64,000 nucleotides of DNA, taken from the NCBI GenBank assembly GCA_001643675.2, contig LSRY02000002.1, forward strand, positions 2,232,001-2,296,000, in the 5' to 3' direction. Position numbers and translations under genes: made by a program. The notes below the pieces were generated by a model, which was not told the origin of the DNA, searched no databases, and saw only the letters and a program-made list of their open reading frames with translations. Below are positions 22,601-33,157 of the stretch, one piece after another. This DNA comes from Monocercomonoides exilis PA203. Lineage: Eukaryota; Protista; Preaxostyla. Position 1 is the stretch's first letter, and every line of letters begins with the position of its first letter.

Positions 22601-22725
22601 TAAGCAAATGCTTTCTTACTTTCGCACTCTTCATCTTGTTGTTGTTCGTAAAAATCTTTAACGGAATGAACATTATCATCATAATTACATGATAAGGCAA
22701 TTAAAATAATTATAATTAATCGCAT
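13621..22725 (-). CDS. Giant intronless surface receptor-like protein (about 3,030 aa): signal peptide, repetitive Cys/Gly-rich beta-helix-like ectodomain, one TM helix, C-terminal degenerate protein-kinase C-lobe
   Basis: ORF 13621..22764; first ATG 22725 (MRLIIIILIALSC, signal-like). Repeated G.D...CG....PC.(T/S)I and FxxC...GGG(I/M) motifs; TM WSLFAFIGCIVIVAILLFVIVVMAVV (about 14570-14647); kinase subdomain VIII-XI remnants RWKAPE, VFTLGLILHETTTGEV, MWADEPNDRP. Confidence 0.85.
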   Translation of the reverse strand: MRLIIIILIALSCNYDDNVHSVKDFYEQQQDEECESKKAFAYPQIHKCLISSQESKLHYNNLLKQVKDSQQSTSIGNTEFEGKYEKHNLQHDLKENKRYYFIIEPEISSNHQIRLFKECLNERLQSKIEGCIYALNSSIELKDIGMLGCEYGSIVCGRKGSVVVVRGCVVGMGKGNEAGAFDLCGCIGVLTNITLNGWRRWGEIYSGRLFGGKDYGREKSGGEENGGEGERGRGRGREGDGYGDGEGIEGSISVSESHFSSFCVSSAPFLSSPSIPLISLSHLTFFNISTANDACSPSTTTSTQTSCLMSSCSFSSICDAYDGGIVPSLNNPMASLSVSNTSFVGCCRTRNVECIGTLDGKLTPDRQNITDNGANTFTWCEWNGSRTTGESDSWADGASSGGAIFMYGQSSATVSVSHCLFNNCFAYSRGGGIMCHTIKSVRIENNVFNACTAQNQYGGGMYVSSVSTCARISGCEFQNCKAVYDGGGLRLDNFQVSGTGCIEAENGGGESACVFDCSFTSCSLTNNGGGGMFCKTVPAAQFKMRSIQFISCSAFREGGGLCLHPNRATAPNDGIYCYFLFFHECKCRTTSNPYGHDVMYYDYYNAISTSDNPFHECYTTNADDKRVCYGYNYSNAGAWTYDQTSKKDWLKDKTIYVLVNGSDGYELCGANTTFACKTVKKAFEMCEVQISLAITLMEGNHESETTTIDIGSKKISVIGIGKDKSSIGTGALSSVGTLFSVSTGHLVMSHLKVDCNSNINPSSSVVVASDGGGSLSLEDVVITTSISSGNYVMSSSVFVVPLSQLLMTDVEIINMNVSKPLFSEPNQSPSSSSSSSLSSSLSSALYLTATASGDSMLANVKVTNVKLTEGDGVVVAKSVKAGETFVVKNVTIEDCECKDGSGGGIKVELKSSSKLQVGTSSAPVNEATKFNRCNCSGNGGGIMVNLADGPHDFSIVSVDFTGCTAKSGGNYVFVNGGDSENWGITTEKLKGIQGISSLKELVGYDTDDTTMGQFPLNVFLDSHTGAAHVGKKKDGVLGRYDSWFCGFDYYTCATITHTAQARFSGGNKNIELDPEFVLAEKVAMDDANEWEISCATKGTAIEVKVPTTFESAEFLIDVQSRCSIKKIKFSIPSALSSASAMISAHSPSFNITDCSVASSPDSAVGQSIGYSFVNALSGKLRMEQFENREGLTFDGHSLVEFVAGVSVVYFKGCNIANVRKINGDGGLIKGAVGTQYGEGEGKVGIVVIETCTVINCNCQGTSQEIGKGGGICVSLDGDGSVVVNGTSTIDGCEAKNNGGGGTKGRGGGMMLTMASPNCKMEIAENVKFSSTSSSLNDAQYGKDMFVCCDSTILLGTKVNANSFKFFDKSAIPSDELKFCGSEDGKDEKVTPLFVYLFSIGSKLTVDGSGSMAYDHNSCGFEKFGCQSIDYCVTSRVKENMQAVEVSSESSIKSEMKVLSFDVSLTGKAVTAGKKMKVDVKDGGEINQNGLIECTKSFEMTNLAFVMNKVINGRRTAFVHSSSSTITITSCSVSFENSPLTEEKIGYNILNIEGGELIVDGLMMEIATTLTTNGKSPITMTNGEKLDIKNSRVSGVTVEDGSGEGRGCIGAAIKEGGSAVVDNCSISTTCTGGSGMKGGGMMISVEDRGSLEIKSATFTGCQVPMEDSLQKGRGMGGGMFVSLADTMGSFVLEGVTFSECNAWKGKKVFISGNELDEVMSNEQLKWGLSASDEKSLDELCGWERKTTGENGYVIPLVVYLWDNWSEKGYLSKEKGGDFSGCGFSEAPCSSIDHLISLRYPTLGKGESQISIGDSGLLSHPISFLSSLPTSPDSEAPAVVIKGTKKGTSVTITDEDGNAVSSGAMISSNVSLSFFNLSFIKPIITANHAVFIESSGTNTVLFVSNCSFGSLVGLAESFACCLIKVNGGSAEIEKCSMNLISDLKGFIAFSPSATQVTIQNVNISSATLTANSLISMTEEENQMNGNENTHLNGNKPVLKVVYCSFETIKNEGSSASVIELGSFENAIDCTTEDCTMSACRSDLNTEGGGMKVVLKSEESVLKVNGSTFSTCRCSMESGRGGGLFIDGADTNVVYDNESQIPSLNLRIVNTLFRLNEAFAGKDIFIKCHSILDQINETLFSLNYNQESLATNNSICGSDLKGNTDMDVIPRITFFKGFQVFLNGSGEDGRRCGAQGNPCSSINEAIDHIEQGVMNAILIDGEGVVSGECVIGDLYVNSYKKTQAIVKLKLDIAKSAEKDCIMEFINESAVERCSFEFEDTFEASHSYIMKVKNGSMEIQKCEFYSSATAEDMKLNSSVVSVESGELRIFDSAFRDLHAAGSVLLFNRESNVTLLETSISNIKSEGDVVSVGGKAKVVMKIMTIENVSVASERCVVAMEDAEQEVSVLNCSFEKSANSVEKGSMMQIRRSKEVKVEICVFDGEKEEKEAEAVNGEQERVEKLCKWSGSLIDIENSNVEMKETTIRNSKVGGLWVSGGSVKIENSKFEDNNPSIEGYGSARRNVICTGNCELSVASVKGGNGVLPNTSLWILDEGCQLGGIASERGSSYFIPVLEEVKNTTQASGSMDLSIRGKLLLPCNLSLKISMKDGEVERIQTQKIEENECASENEVHSVISSDIVKTIENKTEVSMSILFGKGMLSSTNTLVVINKTVPPSSGDDRISEGGNKNNNGNLNMIEWSLFAFIGCIVIVAILLFVIVVMAVVQRRKLWEAEKKVEKERLENEQIIQKMERRRVENGIGNFEMSEMPSTLLEGMTSQIPLLIDNDEVLPEPPPMTDEELNENDLPDLESQLPFSEDTSVSLVSQSHSFNVISAKKPFREKEKKNIKTLYSMIHSVQGNFTLGTRAMDVVDGKEVVLAVARLFQHLISIGDERVKMMARQLCPYSIFVDEGSYEIFVLTEELEDEKQNDELRRWKAPELNSENEDDEEEVGDEGIGKAVVFTLGLILHETTTGEVSLSECDAEEAQEMMRDGVRPLTEGIEGEDLVEFIEKMWADEPNDRPRLAEVKRRMKEIMRDEVS

Positions 22726-23357
22726 CACTAACGCTATATCGATAATTAGATAATCTACGATCAATTATCATTTATTAAGGGTATAATTCTAATTTTTGAT
22801 GTATTTGTTTTCAAAGTCTATCAATTATCCCTGAACATTATTTTTCTTAAAAAATGAGAAAAAAACTCAACTTGTTTTATTAAAGACACTCAAAGAAGAA
22901 GAAGAAGATGAAAAAAAGATAAAACATCATTATGAAACAACTAAAAAAAAAATTCTTACTGAAACCTAAAATATTTTATCTTTTTCATGAATTCTTTCAT
23001 CTATTAAAATACAATTATTATATGCAAACTTAACCAATAGAAAACAATTTTTTCAATTATAACCATAACTGTTTACCATTTTTTCCTTTTTCTTAATTTT
23101 TCAATATCTTGGTTTATAAGGAATATTATTTTATATAATTATTCAACTTTTATACGCCATATATCTATATTTTGGTAATATTTATATTTTTAAACTCTTA
23201 ATATTTTATTCAAAGTATTAACAACTAATTTGCAATATTTCCTTTAAAAATTTTTATCAGATTTCATAAGGTCTGAATTTGTTTATAATTTATATTATTG
23301 AATCATTTTTCTTGTTTAAGACGTTGCAGGAGTCATAATTATCTTTGACTGCCAAAA

Positions 23358-26300
23358 ATGTCTCGCAAAGGGCTAACATCCTTTTTTGATCCAACAAAAA
23401 TCGGTCGTCCTCCTCTTCCTCCTCCAAACGTGATTAAAAAATCTAATTGCTTGTCATCCACAAAAGAAGCAACGGATATTGTGTCTGAGGCGATTATATT
23501 ACTGGGGCATAATGCTTCAAAATATCCGCTTTTTTCAGCATCACATGCAAAAATGATGACGGCCATTTCACAATATTTAACAGTATGAGCATTATGAATT
23601 TTGTTGAATTGAAATTTCTATAATTGGGAAATCGAACTCTTTCTTAGAAAATGCGCAGGCAGATAATTCCACCTGGATATTTCTTAATTTACGGGATAGA
23701 TTACTACCTGGAAAAATGTCATTCAACAATGTCAAATCAAAACGTTGATGAAATTCTTTCATCTTCACAGAAAGCTTTACGAGCTATGCAAAAAATTTGT
23801 TGGTTTGTTTAATAAAAAAAATTTTGATCACAATTGAAGTGTGAACATTTTTATTCGCAGGAGGAAGCAACTGATCAGATTTCAGACAACAGGAATGCCA
23901 ATAACACCAATGAAGGGATTTAGTGAATATGATATCAGAAGGTTTCAGGAAGAAGACATGAGACAAAGAGCAGCCGAAGAAGAACGAAGGAGGTTAAGAG
24001 AGGAAGAAGAAAAGAAGAAGATTGAGGAAAAGAGGAAAGCTGAAGAAGAAATAAGAAAAAGTGCAGCCATTGTCATTCTTCGCGCATGGAGAGACCACAA
24101 AGAGACGCAACGAGCGAAGTTTGAGCTTGTTCTACTGAAACGCTTGAAAGAAGAGAGAGCAAAAGAAGAGGAAGAAAGACAACAGAAAGAGAGGGCTGTG
24201 AGAGCTATCAGCAAAGCATGGAGAATCCGAGAGAATGGCCTGTTTGCATTCAAAGTTTTGGAGAAATTGAGAGAAGAAGAAGAAGCAAAGAAAGCAAAAG
24301 AAGAAAGAGAAAGGAAGGAAAAAGCAGGGATGATTATTTGGAAGGTGTGGAAGAAAGCGAAATTGATAAGAGAAGCTAAAAAAGAGCTTGAAGAACTGAA
24401 ACGAACGAAGAAGGAAAAAGAAAGAAGGAACAAAGCAGCATCATTCATATGGTCTATGTGGAAAGAACACACTCTGATAAAACAGGCAAAAGCTGAGCTG
24501 TTAATGTTGAAAGAAGAGAAGAAAATGGCAATTGAAAATGAGAAAAGAATTGCTGCAGCGAGCACCATTTCATTTGCGTGGAAGGAATTCGAAAGAAAAC
24601 AAGAAGCCAAAAGCCAGTTCGACCAATTGAAGTTGAATGAGATGAAGCTGGAAGAAGAAAGGAACAAAGCAGCTTCGATTATTGTGGGATGCTGGAGACA
24701 ATCGAAAATAAGAGAAGAAGCACAAAATGAAATGAAAACCAGAACGAACACATTACAAGAAGAAACATGCAAAAAACAATCAGCTACTTTTATTGTGAAG
24801 ATGTGGAGAAATAGCAGAGAAACACGACAAGCAAAGGAATTGATGGAGAAGCTCAAAAAAGAAGAGGAAGAACGTTTGGAAAGGCGAAGAGAAGAGGCAG
24901 CGATTTTCATTTTGTCGGCTTGGAAAAAGAGAAAAACCGTTGAAAAAGCGAAGTTGCTAATGCTGGACAAAACGAAAGACGAGAAAGAGAGAGTAGAGAG
25001 AGAAAAAGAGGAAAAGCGTTGCATGGAAAGAGCAGCGATTGAAATAAGCACATTTTACAAAAGAAAAATGGAGAGCTCAAAAGCAAAGCTTTCTTTGGAG
25101 AAATTGAGAGAGGAGAGAAAAACGAAAGAAGACGAGGAAATGAAGAAAGAAGCCATTGCATTTATTTCTTCACGATGGAAGGAATGTCAGAAGAGGGAAT
25201 TTGCAAATAATGAACTCAAACAGTTGATAATAGAAGAGCAAAAAAGATCAGCAGAACACATTTCTTTCATGTGGAGAGAAAGACAGCGTGCAAAAGAAGC
25301 AGAAATCAGACTTTGTTTGCTCAGAAAAGAAAAACAAGAAAAAGAACAAGTCGAAAGAAGCGCAAAGGCAGCTCTGTTAATTTGCACAGCTTGGAAAGAA
25401 TCCAAAGCAAGAGAACGAGCAAAGATCGAGTTGGAGTGTCTGAAAAACGAGAAGCAAAAAGAAGATGAGGCAGAAAAACAGAAGGCTGCATCGTTTATTA
25501 TCTGGAAATGGAGTGCAATCGAAAAGAGAGAGAAAGCAAAGGAGAAAGTTGAGAATATAAAAACAGAGGAAATCAAAGAGAACGATAACGAAGTGGAAGA
25601 AAATGACGAAGAAAGAATGAAACAAGCTGCATGCGAAATTTATTGTATGTGGAATGAATCGAAGAAGAGAAATGAAGCAAGAATTACATTGGAAAAAAAG
25701 AAAAAGGAAGAAGAAGAAAGAAAAAGTGAAGCTGCAACAATTATAGCATCCGCTTGGAAGAATACAAAACTGATAGAAGAGTCATGCAACAGACTGAAAT
25801 CATTACAAAATTCAGCAAAAGAACAAGAAGAGAAAGAAAGGAGAGAAACAGCCACAATGTTGATAGCACAAAAATGGAGCGCGAAAATGAAAAGAGATGA
25901 AGCTCAAAAGTTGTATGCAGAATATTTGAATGAGAACGTCATCAAGGAAAGCAAAGCAGCTCAGCTGGTTGCATCTGAATGGAAATCAAGGCAGTTTAAG
26001 AGAAAAGCAATGGAAGAGTTGCAAAGATTGAGAAACGAAGAAAATGAAAAAAGTAAAAAATCAGCTGAGATTATTGTTTTTTGTATGAAAAATGTGATGC
26101 TCAAAAGAAAAGCCAAAATGAGAATGGAAATGTTGAAGAAAGACGCAGAAGAATTGGAAGAATTGAAAAGACGCTCTGCGCTTCTTATTTGCTCATCATG
26201 GAAAGAATACAAAAAGACAAAAGAAGCGAAAAGGGAGCTTCAAAAACTGAAAGCAGAGAAAAAGGAAAGAGAAAAAGAAAAAGAAAAAGAAGAAATGGAT

Positions 26301-29300
26301 AAAAAGATAAAAGCAGGTCTTTTCATTTTGGAATGTTGGAAAGAAGCTAAACTCCGAAAGGAGGCAGAAAATGAGTTATCTGAATTGAGAAGAATGAAAA
26401 CAGAGAAAGAAGAAAACAAAAGAAAGGACGCTGCAGAAGTCATAACATCATGCTGGCAAAAGAGGTTGTTGAAAGTAAAATCATTTTTGAGACTTCAACA
26501 ATTGAATGATGAAGAGAAAGAGAAAGAAAAAGCAAAGCAACTCAATGCTGTTCATATCATTCATGTTTGTTGGAATAATTGCAATTCCAGAATAAAAGGG
26601 AGAAACGAACTTATTCGATTGAAGAACGAAGAAATGGAAAGAATCGAAAGAAGAATAAAAGCTGCTGCCGTCATCGCATCTTCGTGGAGATACTGTGAAC
26701 TTAGAGGAAATGCAGAAACTTTAATTAAAAAGCTGAGAATGGAAAGAAAGTTGCTTGAAGAGAATGAAAGAAAGAACAAAGAAGCAGCTGCTTTGATAAC
26801 TGATTGTTGGAAAAGAGAAGAAAGAAGAAGAAAAAGTTTGTTCGAATTGGAGAGGTTGAGAGAAATTGAAGCAGAAAGAAGAGCAAAAGAGGAAAGGGAG
26901 AGAAGACTTAAAGAAGAAGAAGAAGAAAGAAAACATTTGGAAGAAGCTGCCAAATTAATAACTTCATTTTGGATAAGATTAACGAGTCACAAGCTTGCCA
27001 GATTTCAATTGAAAGAATTGAGAGAGAAAGAAGAGAAGATATCTGTTTGTGCAGTGACACTTATAACTTCCATTTGGAAGGGAGTTTTATTGAGACATAA
27101 AGCAGAAAGTGTTATGAACACACTCAGAAAGCAAAAGGAACAAGAAGAAGAATTGAAGAAGCACAAAGCAGCTCTGTTTATTGCTTCCACCTGGAAGGAA
27201 TCAAAACTTCAATGTGAAGCCAAAATGGAGCTGAAAAGACTGAAAAGTGAAAAGGAGAAGAGAGAAGGAGAAGAGAGAAGAAGAAAGAACGCTGCAGAAG
27301 TGGTAGTTTTGAGGTGGAAAGAATGGAAGTTGGGAAAGGAAGCGAAAGAACAGCTGAAGAGATTGAGAGAAGAGAAAGAAAAGCTTGAAAGAGAAATGAA
27401 AGAAAGAAGGAATAATGCTGTTCGTCTGATTGCAGAAAGATGGGTCAATTACCAAATGAGAGTGAAAGCGAAGATGGAGATTGAGATTCGTCGGAGAGAG
27501 AAAAGAGAAAAAGAAGAGGAAGAACTGAAAATGAAAGCAGGGAAATTTATTGCGTTGAAGTGGATTGATTGCCAAAAAGTGAGGAAAGCTCAGCAGAAGA
27601 TGTCAATTTTGAGGATGGAAATGAAAGCGGCAGAAGAAGAAGAGGAAAGAAAGAGAATTGAAATTGAAATGAATCGAAAGAAAGCTGCTGCAAAATGTAT
27701 CAGTTTCCATTGGCAACAAAAGGAGTTGAGAAGAATTGCATTAAAAAAGATTGTTTCATTGAAAGAAGCAGAAATTGAAAAACGTCAAAAAGAAGCAGCG
27801 AGCAATGTGCAGAAGCCTTTAAGCATTCCAGATGTTCAATCAGAATTGCTCTCTTCTCAAAAGTTGGCAACTGATTCACCATTTTCACAAAACAATATTG
27901 CGAGCTCTGAAAAATTGAACCAAAATACGGTCGTAACTCAATCTGAGAATGAGAATCCTGTTAGTCAAAAACGAATTGAAGAAGCAGAAATGGCACAACA
28001 GAAAAAAGCACCAACTGAACAAAACATGAGAGAAAACAATGAATCCCAAATGAAACAAAAAGAAGAGTTTAGGCAGAACAACGGAAGACAAGGTCAATTA
28101 TCAAACATTGAGCCAACTCCAAAATATGCTTCAGATTTCATTGTGCCACCACAATCATTTCAACAAATACGTCAAGTACAATCGATGACGCAGATGCACT
28201 TTTCGCAAACTGCAAGCGTGGCATCGCCTTCAAGTTACATTTTGACACACACACCACAACTGGCCATTGGATCTGTGCCAAATGGAGCCATCCAACCACA
28301 AACACTTGCCACATCGTCATTTCAGCAGCAGCAGATGTTCCATCCACAACAACAACAGCAGCAGCAGCAACAACAAATGCCAATGCAACCACCTCAAAAC
28401 TCGTTCTTTCAGCGCAAGCCACCGCCTCAGCCGGTGAAGAAATCAGTTTTTATTCCACCTCAGTCAATGCAGATAGCACAGCCCAATCAGCAGTCATTCT
28501 ATCTTCCACAAACAGCAGCAGCTCCAATTGTCACACCTCCACTTAACACTTTTAATACACCACAATATTCTTCTCAGTCATCTTCCTCTCTTCCACTTCA
28601 GCCACAGTCACTTCACTCACACATGCCCCAACAAGAACAAAGCCAAACAATGTTGCAAGTTAGCTCTAATTCATCATCACTTACATCTCCACCAAACACT
28701 TCAACAGACTCTCCAAAATTTTCTTTCGCTTCTCTTTCTTCCTCTTCCTCTCCATCTGAACGTTCTCTACTTTCAAACACTTCACAATCTAATCAATCAG
28801 AATCAAACACAGTTCAACCATCTTCCTCTTCCTCCTCATCTTCTTCTTCATTCTATGACTTTACAACAGATGCTTCTGCTTCCTCAATGAGCAGTCCTTC
28901 TCAATCACAACTGCCTCAAAATCCTTCTGAGTCCAATGCAACACAACAAGAACAGGACGCAAAAGCAGCACAATCATCTTCACAAGTGTCATCTCCAACT
29001 CAATCCTCACAACCTTCTTCTTCTTCGCGCTCTTATCCCAAAATGCCTTCAACCAGAAGACACAACATTAAGCCGCGCAAAATAGACTACGTAGTCACTT
29101 CATTGACTATCCCTGCAAAATTGAGAGGTGACCAATCACAGCAGAATCAACAGCAGCAGTTCCTCAGCTACAATTCATTGGCATCTCCTCGCATTGAATC
29201 GACCCCACCTTCGCCAGCACTTTCGCCTTCCTCTCCATTTCCTACCAACTCACCTGCTCTCAAGCCATCTGCCTCTCCTTCCTCTTCTCCTTCTTCTTCT

Positions 29301-32300
29301 CCTGTATTTCTTCCGCATCCACATCCACACCTTTCTGGAGCAATGGAATCAAATGCCTCGTTTTCTTTGTCTCTTCATCCTCAGTCTCCGCCGCAGCATA
29401 TGTTAAATGGGGATTCACAAACATCATCATCTACACCGCCATTCTCACCCAAACCTATCCCTCTTCCACTTCCTCTTCCTCCTCAATCTGATTCCACTTT
29501 TAATTCTTCAGTTTCCAGTTCACCTGCTTCACTTCCTCTATCAAGTTCGAACATTCCATTTTCACCATTTTCCACTTCAACTGCAGTCAGCACACCGCAT
29601 CGAAATACTTCCACTTCATTTTCTTTGGACTCTGCAAATTCTTCTTTGAACTCTTTCAGTCATCTTCTTTCGTCTTCTGCTCACTCATTCTTACTCGACT
29701 CTGTTCCTTCTGTTTCTGCAACTGTTGATCATTCGCTGGAGAATTTCGTTTCTCAAATAAAAATGACAACATCTCAAGAAACAAACAAGGAACCTGCAAG
29801 TTCTTCATTGTCATCATTACCTTTGGGTTCTTTATCTTCGCTTACGAAATCTCTTTCAAGTGGGAAAAAGCATCCAACAATTCAACTCCAAAGGAATAAG
29901 GAGGAGTCAGATGCAATTGATAGGTCTATTGAGCTGCCTTCTTACACATTCACTTTCTCATTCAAAGACGATGAAGTGCTGCTGTCACCACGCACACACG
30001 AAAGACGGCTGAAAATCAAAGAAGAAATAGAAAAGAAGCAGAGAGAAGAACAAGAACGGAAGGAGGAGGAAGAGCAGAAGAGGAGAGAGAAAGAGAAAGA
30101 GGAGAGGAGGAAAAGAAGAGAAGAGCGACGACAGAAGAAGAAAGAAGAGGAAGAGAGAAAGAAGCGAGAGAAAGAAGAGGAAGAGAAGAAGAGGAAAGAA
30201 GAAGAGCAGAGAAAGATTGCTGAAGAAAAGAAAAGGCAAGAAGAAGAATGGAAACGAATTGAGGAAGATGAAGTTCGAAAGATGGAGGAGCTGTACAGAG
30301 AGAGAAGAGAAAGAGAGAAGCTTATAAGAGAAATGGAAGAGAGGAGGAAGAACGAGGAAATGGAAGAGAGACTCAGAACGTTGGAGGAAGTGAAGTTGCG
30401 GAAGCAGAAAGAGGAAGAAGAGAAGGAGAGGTTGGAGAAGGAGAAGGAAGAAAAGCGAAAGAGGATGATTGAGGCGGCCATCAAAGGAGCAGCAGATGCT
30501 GAAGATGCAGAAGGAAACGAAGGAGCATTTGAAATTCAGAATGTTGGAGATGCAGAAGATGTGAAAATGCTGCTGAGAGAGAAGAAACTGAAGGAATGGG
30601 CTAAAAAGAAGAAAGAGGAGGAAGAAAAAAGAGCGAAATTAAATGAAAATGTGGAGTTGAATGTTAAAAACGGAAAAGAGGAAGAGGAAGAGAAGAAAGA
30701 AGAAGACAAACAACAACGTCAACGGCAAACAGAAGATGCCGTTTCAGAAAATCAAAAGAAAAACGAAAACGAAAACGTTAATGGAAATAAAGATGAGGAG
30801 AAAAAGAGTGAAACAAAAAGCAAAGAAGAGAACAATACCATCATTGAGATTAATGTTGAAAATGATAACAATGGCAATGAAAATGGAAACAACAAGTTTA
30901 TTGATGGAACAGTTGCGTACGATATCAGCAGTAATGAACCTCAGAAGCCAGAAATATTAAGCAACAAACAAGAGGATTTATCTATTGTTTCTGATTTTTC
31001 AATGAATTTGAATCAAACAGCAGAAATTTCAATAACTTCAGAGCAAAAAGAACTACAAAACTTGGTTCTGAATGAAAAAGGGCAAAAGACTGAGGAGATG
31101 GCTGGAACAATTCAAACCATTGAAATAAGAAAGGAAGATAATGGAATCATTCAATCAGATACTAATCAAAATAATTTATATGAATTTAAAGATAAAGAAA
31201 ACATCAAAAATGAGGACAAAGTGAATGAGCTTCAAACAGAAAATGCACTCATAACTGAAAATGAAGCTTTATCCAAACAAGGAATCATAACTGGAAAAAT
31301 AGATGATAAAGGAACAAAGTCAACTTTTGAGCAAAATGCAACGTCAAATTTGCGCATAGAAGAAGAAGCACAAAAGGAGACAATAAAAGGAATCAAAGGG
31401 AATAGAGCAGTTGAAGAAGAGGATGACGAAAGCGAAGAAGAAGAGGAAGAAGAGGAAGAGGAAGAAGAATCTGAGCCTTATGAAGACAATCATTCTGGAT
31501 TTAATGACAGTTCATCCTCCTTTGAGTTTCTTGAGGTGACAGATCCTGAATGGGAAAAGAACGAAAACGAGAGAAAAAAGAAAGCCGAAGAAGAAAAAGA
31601 AAAGTTGGAGCGCTACAGAAGCATGAGCATATCCCGAACAGAAACAGGAAGCGATGAGTATGACATGATTCTCTCTGAATTTGCAGTGATTGATTCGGAA
31701 ACGCTCGATCCGATGGAGAATCCACTTGTTGAGCTGAATAATCAGAAGAAAAAGACGATTTGGGTGAAAAGAAGGAGGATCAAAAGTGAAAGGAGAAAAT
31801 TAAATGGAAGAAGGAGAAGGAAGGAGAGTTTGGAAATTACTGAAGAAGAGAAGAAGCAAATAAGAGAAGACATAAAAATGTCTTTGCTGTCAGATACGCT
31901 GAATGCGGATGCATCATCATCGTCTCCTTCTTCAGTTGCACCTTCCTCTTTTCAGCAGTCCTCCACAGCATCACCAGATCAGCAAGTTCTGATGCGTCGC
32001 AATACAATCAGAAATCCTATCTCGAGAGAAGTCTACGATGACTCTGAAACAGAGTCAGATGATGACGATGACGAATTATACCCGTTCCATCGCGAACATG
32101 TGCTGAAGCGTGTGCCGCACAGCAAAACAGCACCAAAGCCCACAATGATGATTGAAGCAACAGATCTGAGTCAGATATTGAGAGATTCCACTCTGTCAAA
32201 CATTTCATCCACTCAATCTTGTGCTATGTCGTCTTCTCCTTTTTCGAATGTTTCTGCTTCAAGTGCGCCTTCTCTTTCTTTTGTGCCGCCAGGTCGCAAT

Positions 32301-32798
32301 GCAAGTTCATCTCCAAATGCTTCACCAACTTTGAGCCCTTCTTCTTCATCTGTGCTTCTTGATAGGCAATCTTCAACCATTCCACATTTTTCACCTTCTC
32401 TAACTCCATCGAGACCTCCTCTTTCGCCTTCGCTTACACCTTCTGTTGTGCCGACACCGATGCTTATGAACCAACCATCAACTGTAATTATGTCTTCTAT
32501 TTCAGAGTCAAATCCTGTTTTCCTTTCAAACACTTTCTCTTCCGATTCTGCCACTTCCACTCCCAGATCTTTTTCATCATCGATATCTTCGTCTGAACCT
32601 CTTACTGGCACACTACATTCTTCGAGAACTGTTGTGGGTGCTTCCATCCACATGGCAACATCCGAAGCGTTGATTCATTCTCCTCCTGAATCGCCGAAAG
32701 ATTCAACATCCACTGAGTATGTTGAAGTTGTTGTTGATAAAAACTCTGATCCGGATTCTCCTCCCATTCTCTGTTATCCGCCTGTTTACATAAATTGA
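23358..32798 (+). CDS. Very large (about 3,100 aa) protein with 31 tandem IQ-like repeats, Q/S/P-rich disordered region and ER/K single-alpha-helix segment
   Basis: Exons 23358-23582, 23648-23802 and 23861-32798 splice in frame (introns 23583-23647, 23803-23860). Repeat consensus AAxxIxxxW(K/R)xxxxxxxAKxELxxL(K/R)xE over about 24058-27790. Confidence 0.85.
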
Positions 32799-33157
32799 TT
32801 CTTTTATCACTTATCTTCCTAGAGAGAAAACTTTCTGTTTATTCATTTCTTTTTCAATTATGTTTTGGAAATTTTCTTATAAACCTTTGCCTTTATCTAC
32901 TGTAAACGCTCTTCATTTTTTGTTGTCTTTTAGTTTTTTTAACTCTTTTTTCTGAGTTAATTCGCTGATCACAAGAGAACTTTTAAGTTTTCCACAATAA
33001 CAGTTCTGTTTTAAAGTTAACACTTTAATTCATTAACATTTCATATTTCACATCATATAAATGAAAAAGTTAATTGAGTTCAGATAATTATAACAAAATG
33101 AAATAAAACAGAAGCAATCAAATAACATCACTAACTTCAACTTAAATATACACATGC

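Noticed and set aside
23945-30484. S/F/L-rich minus-strand ORFs that look hydrophobic
   Set aside because: Reverse complement of GAA/AAA/AGA-rich coding sequence; not membrane proteins.
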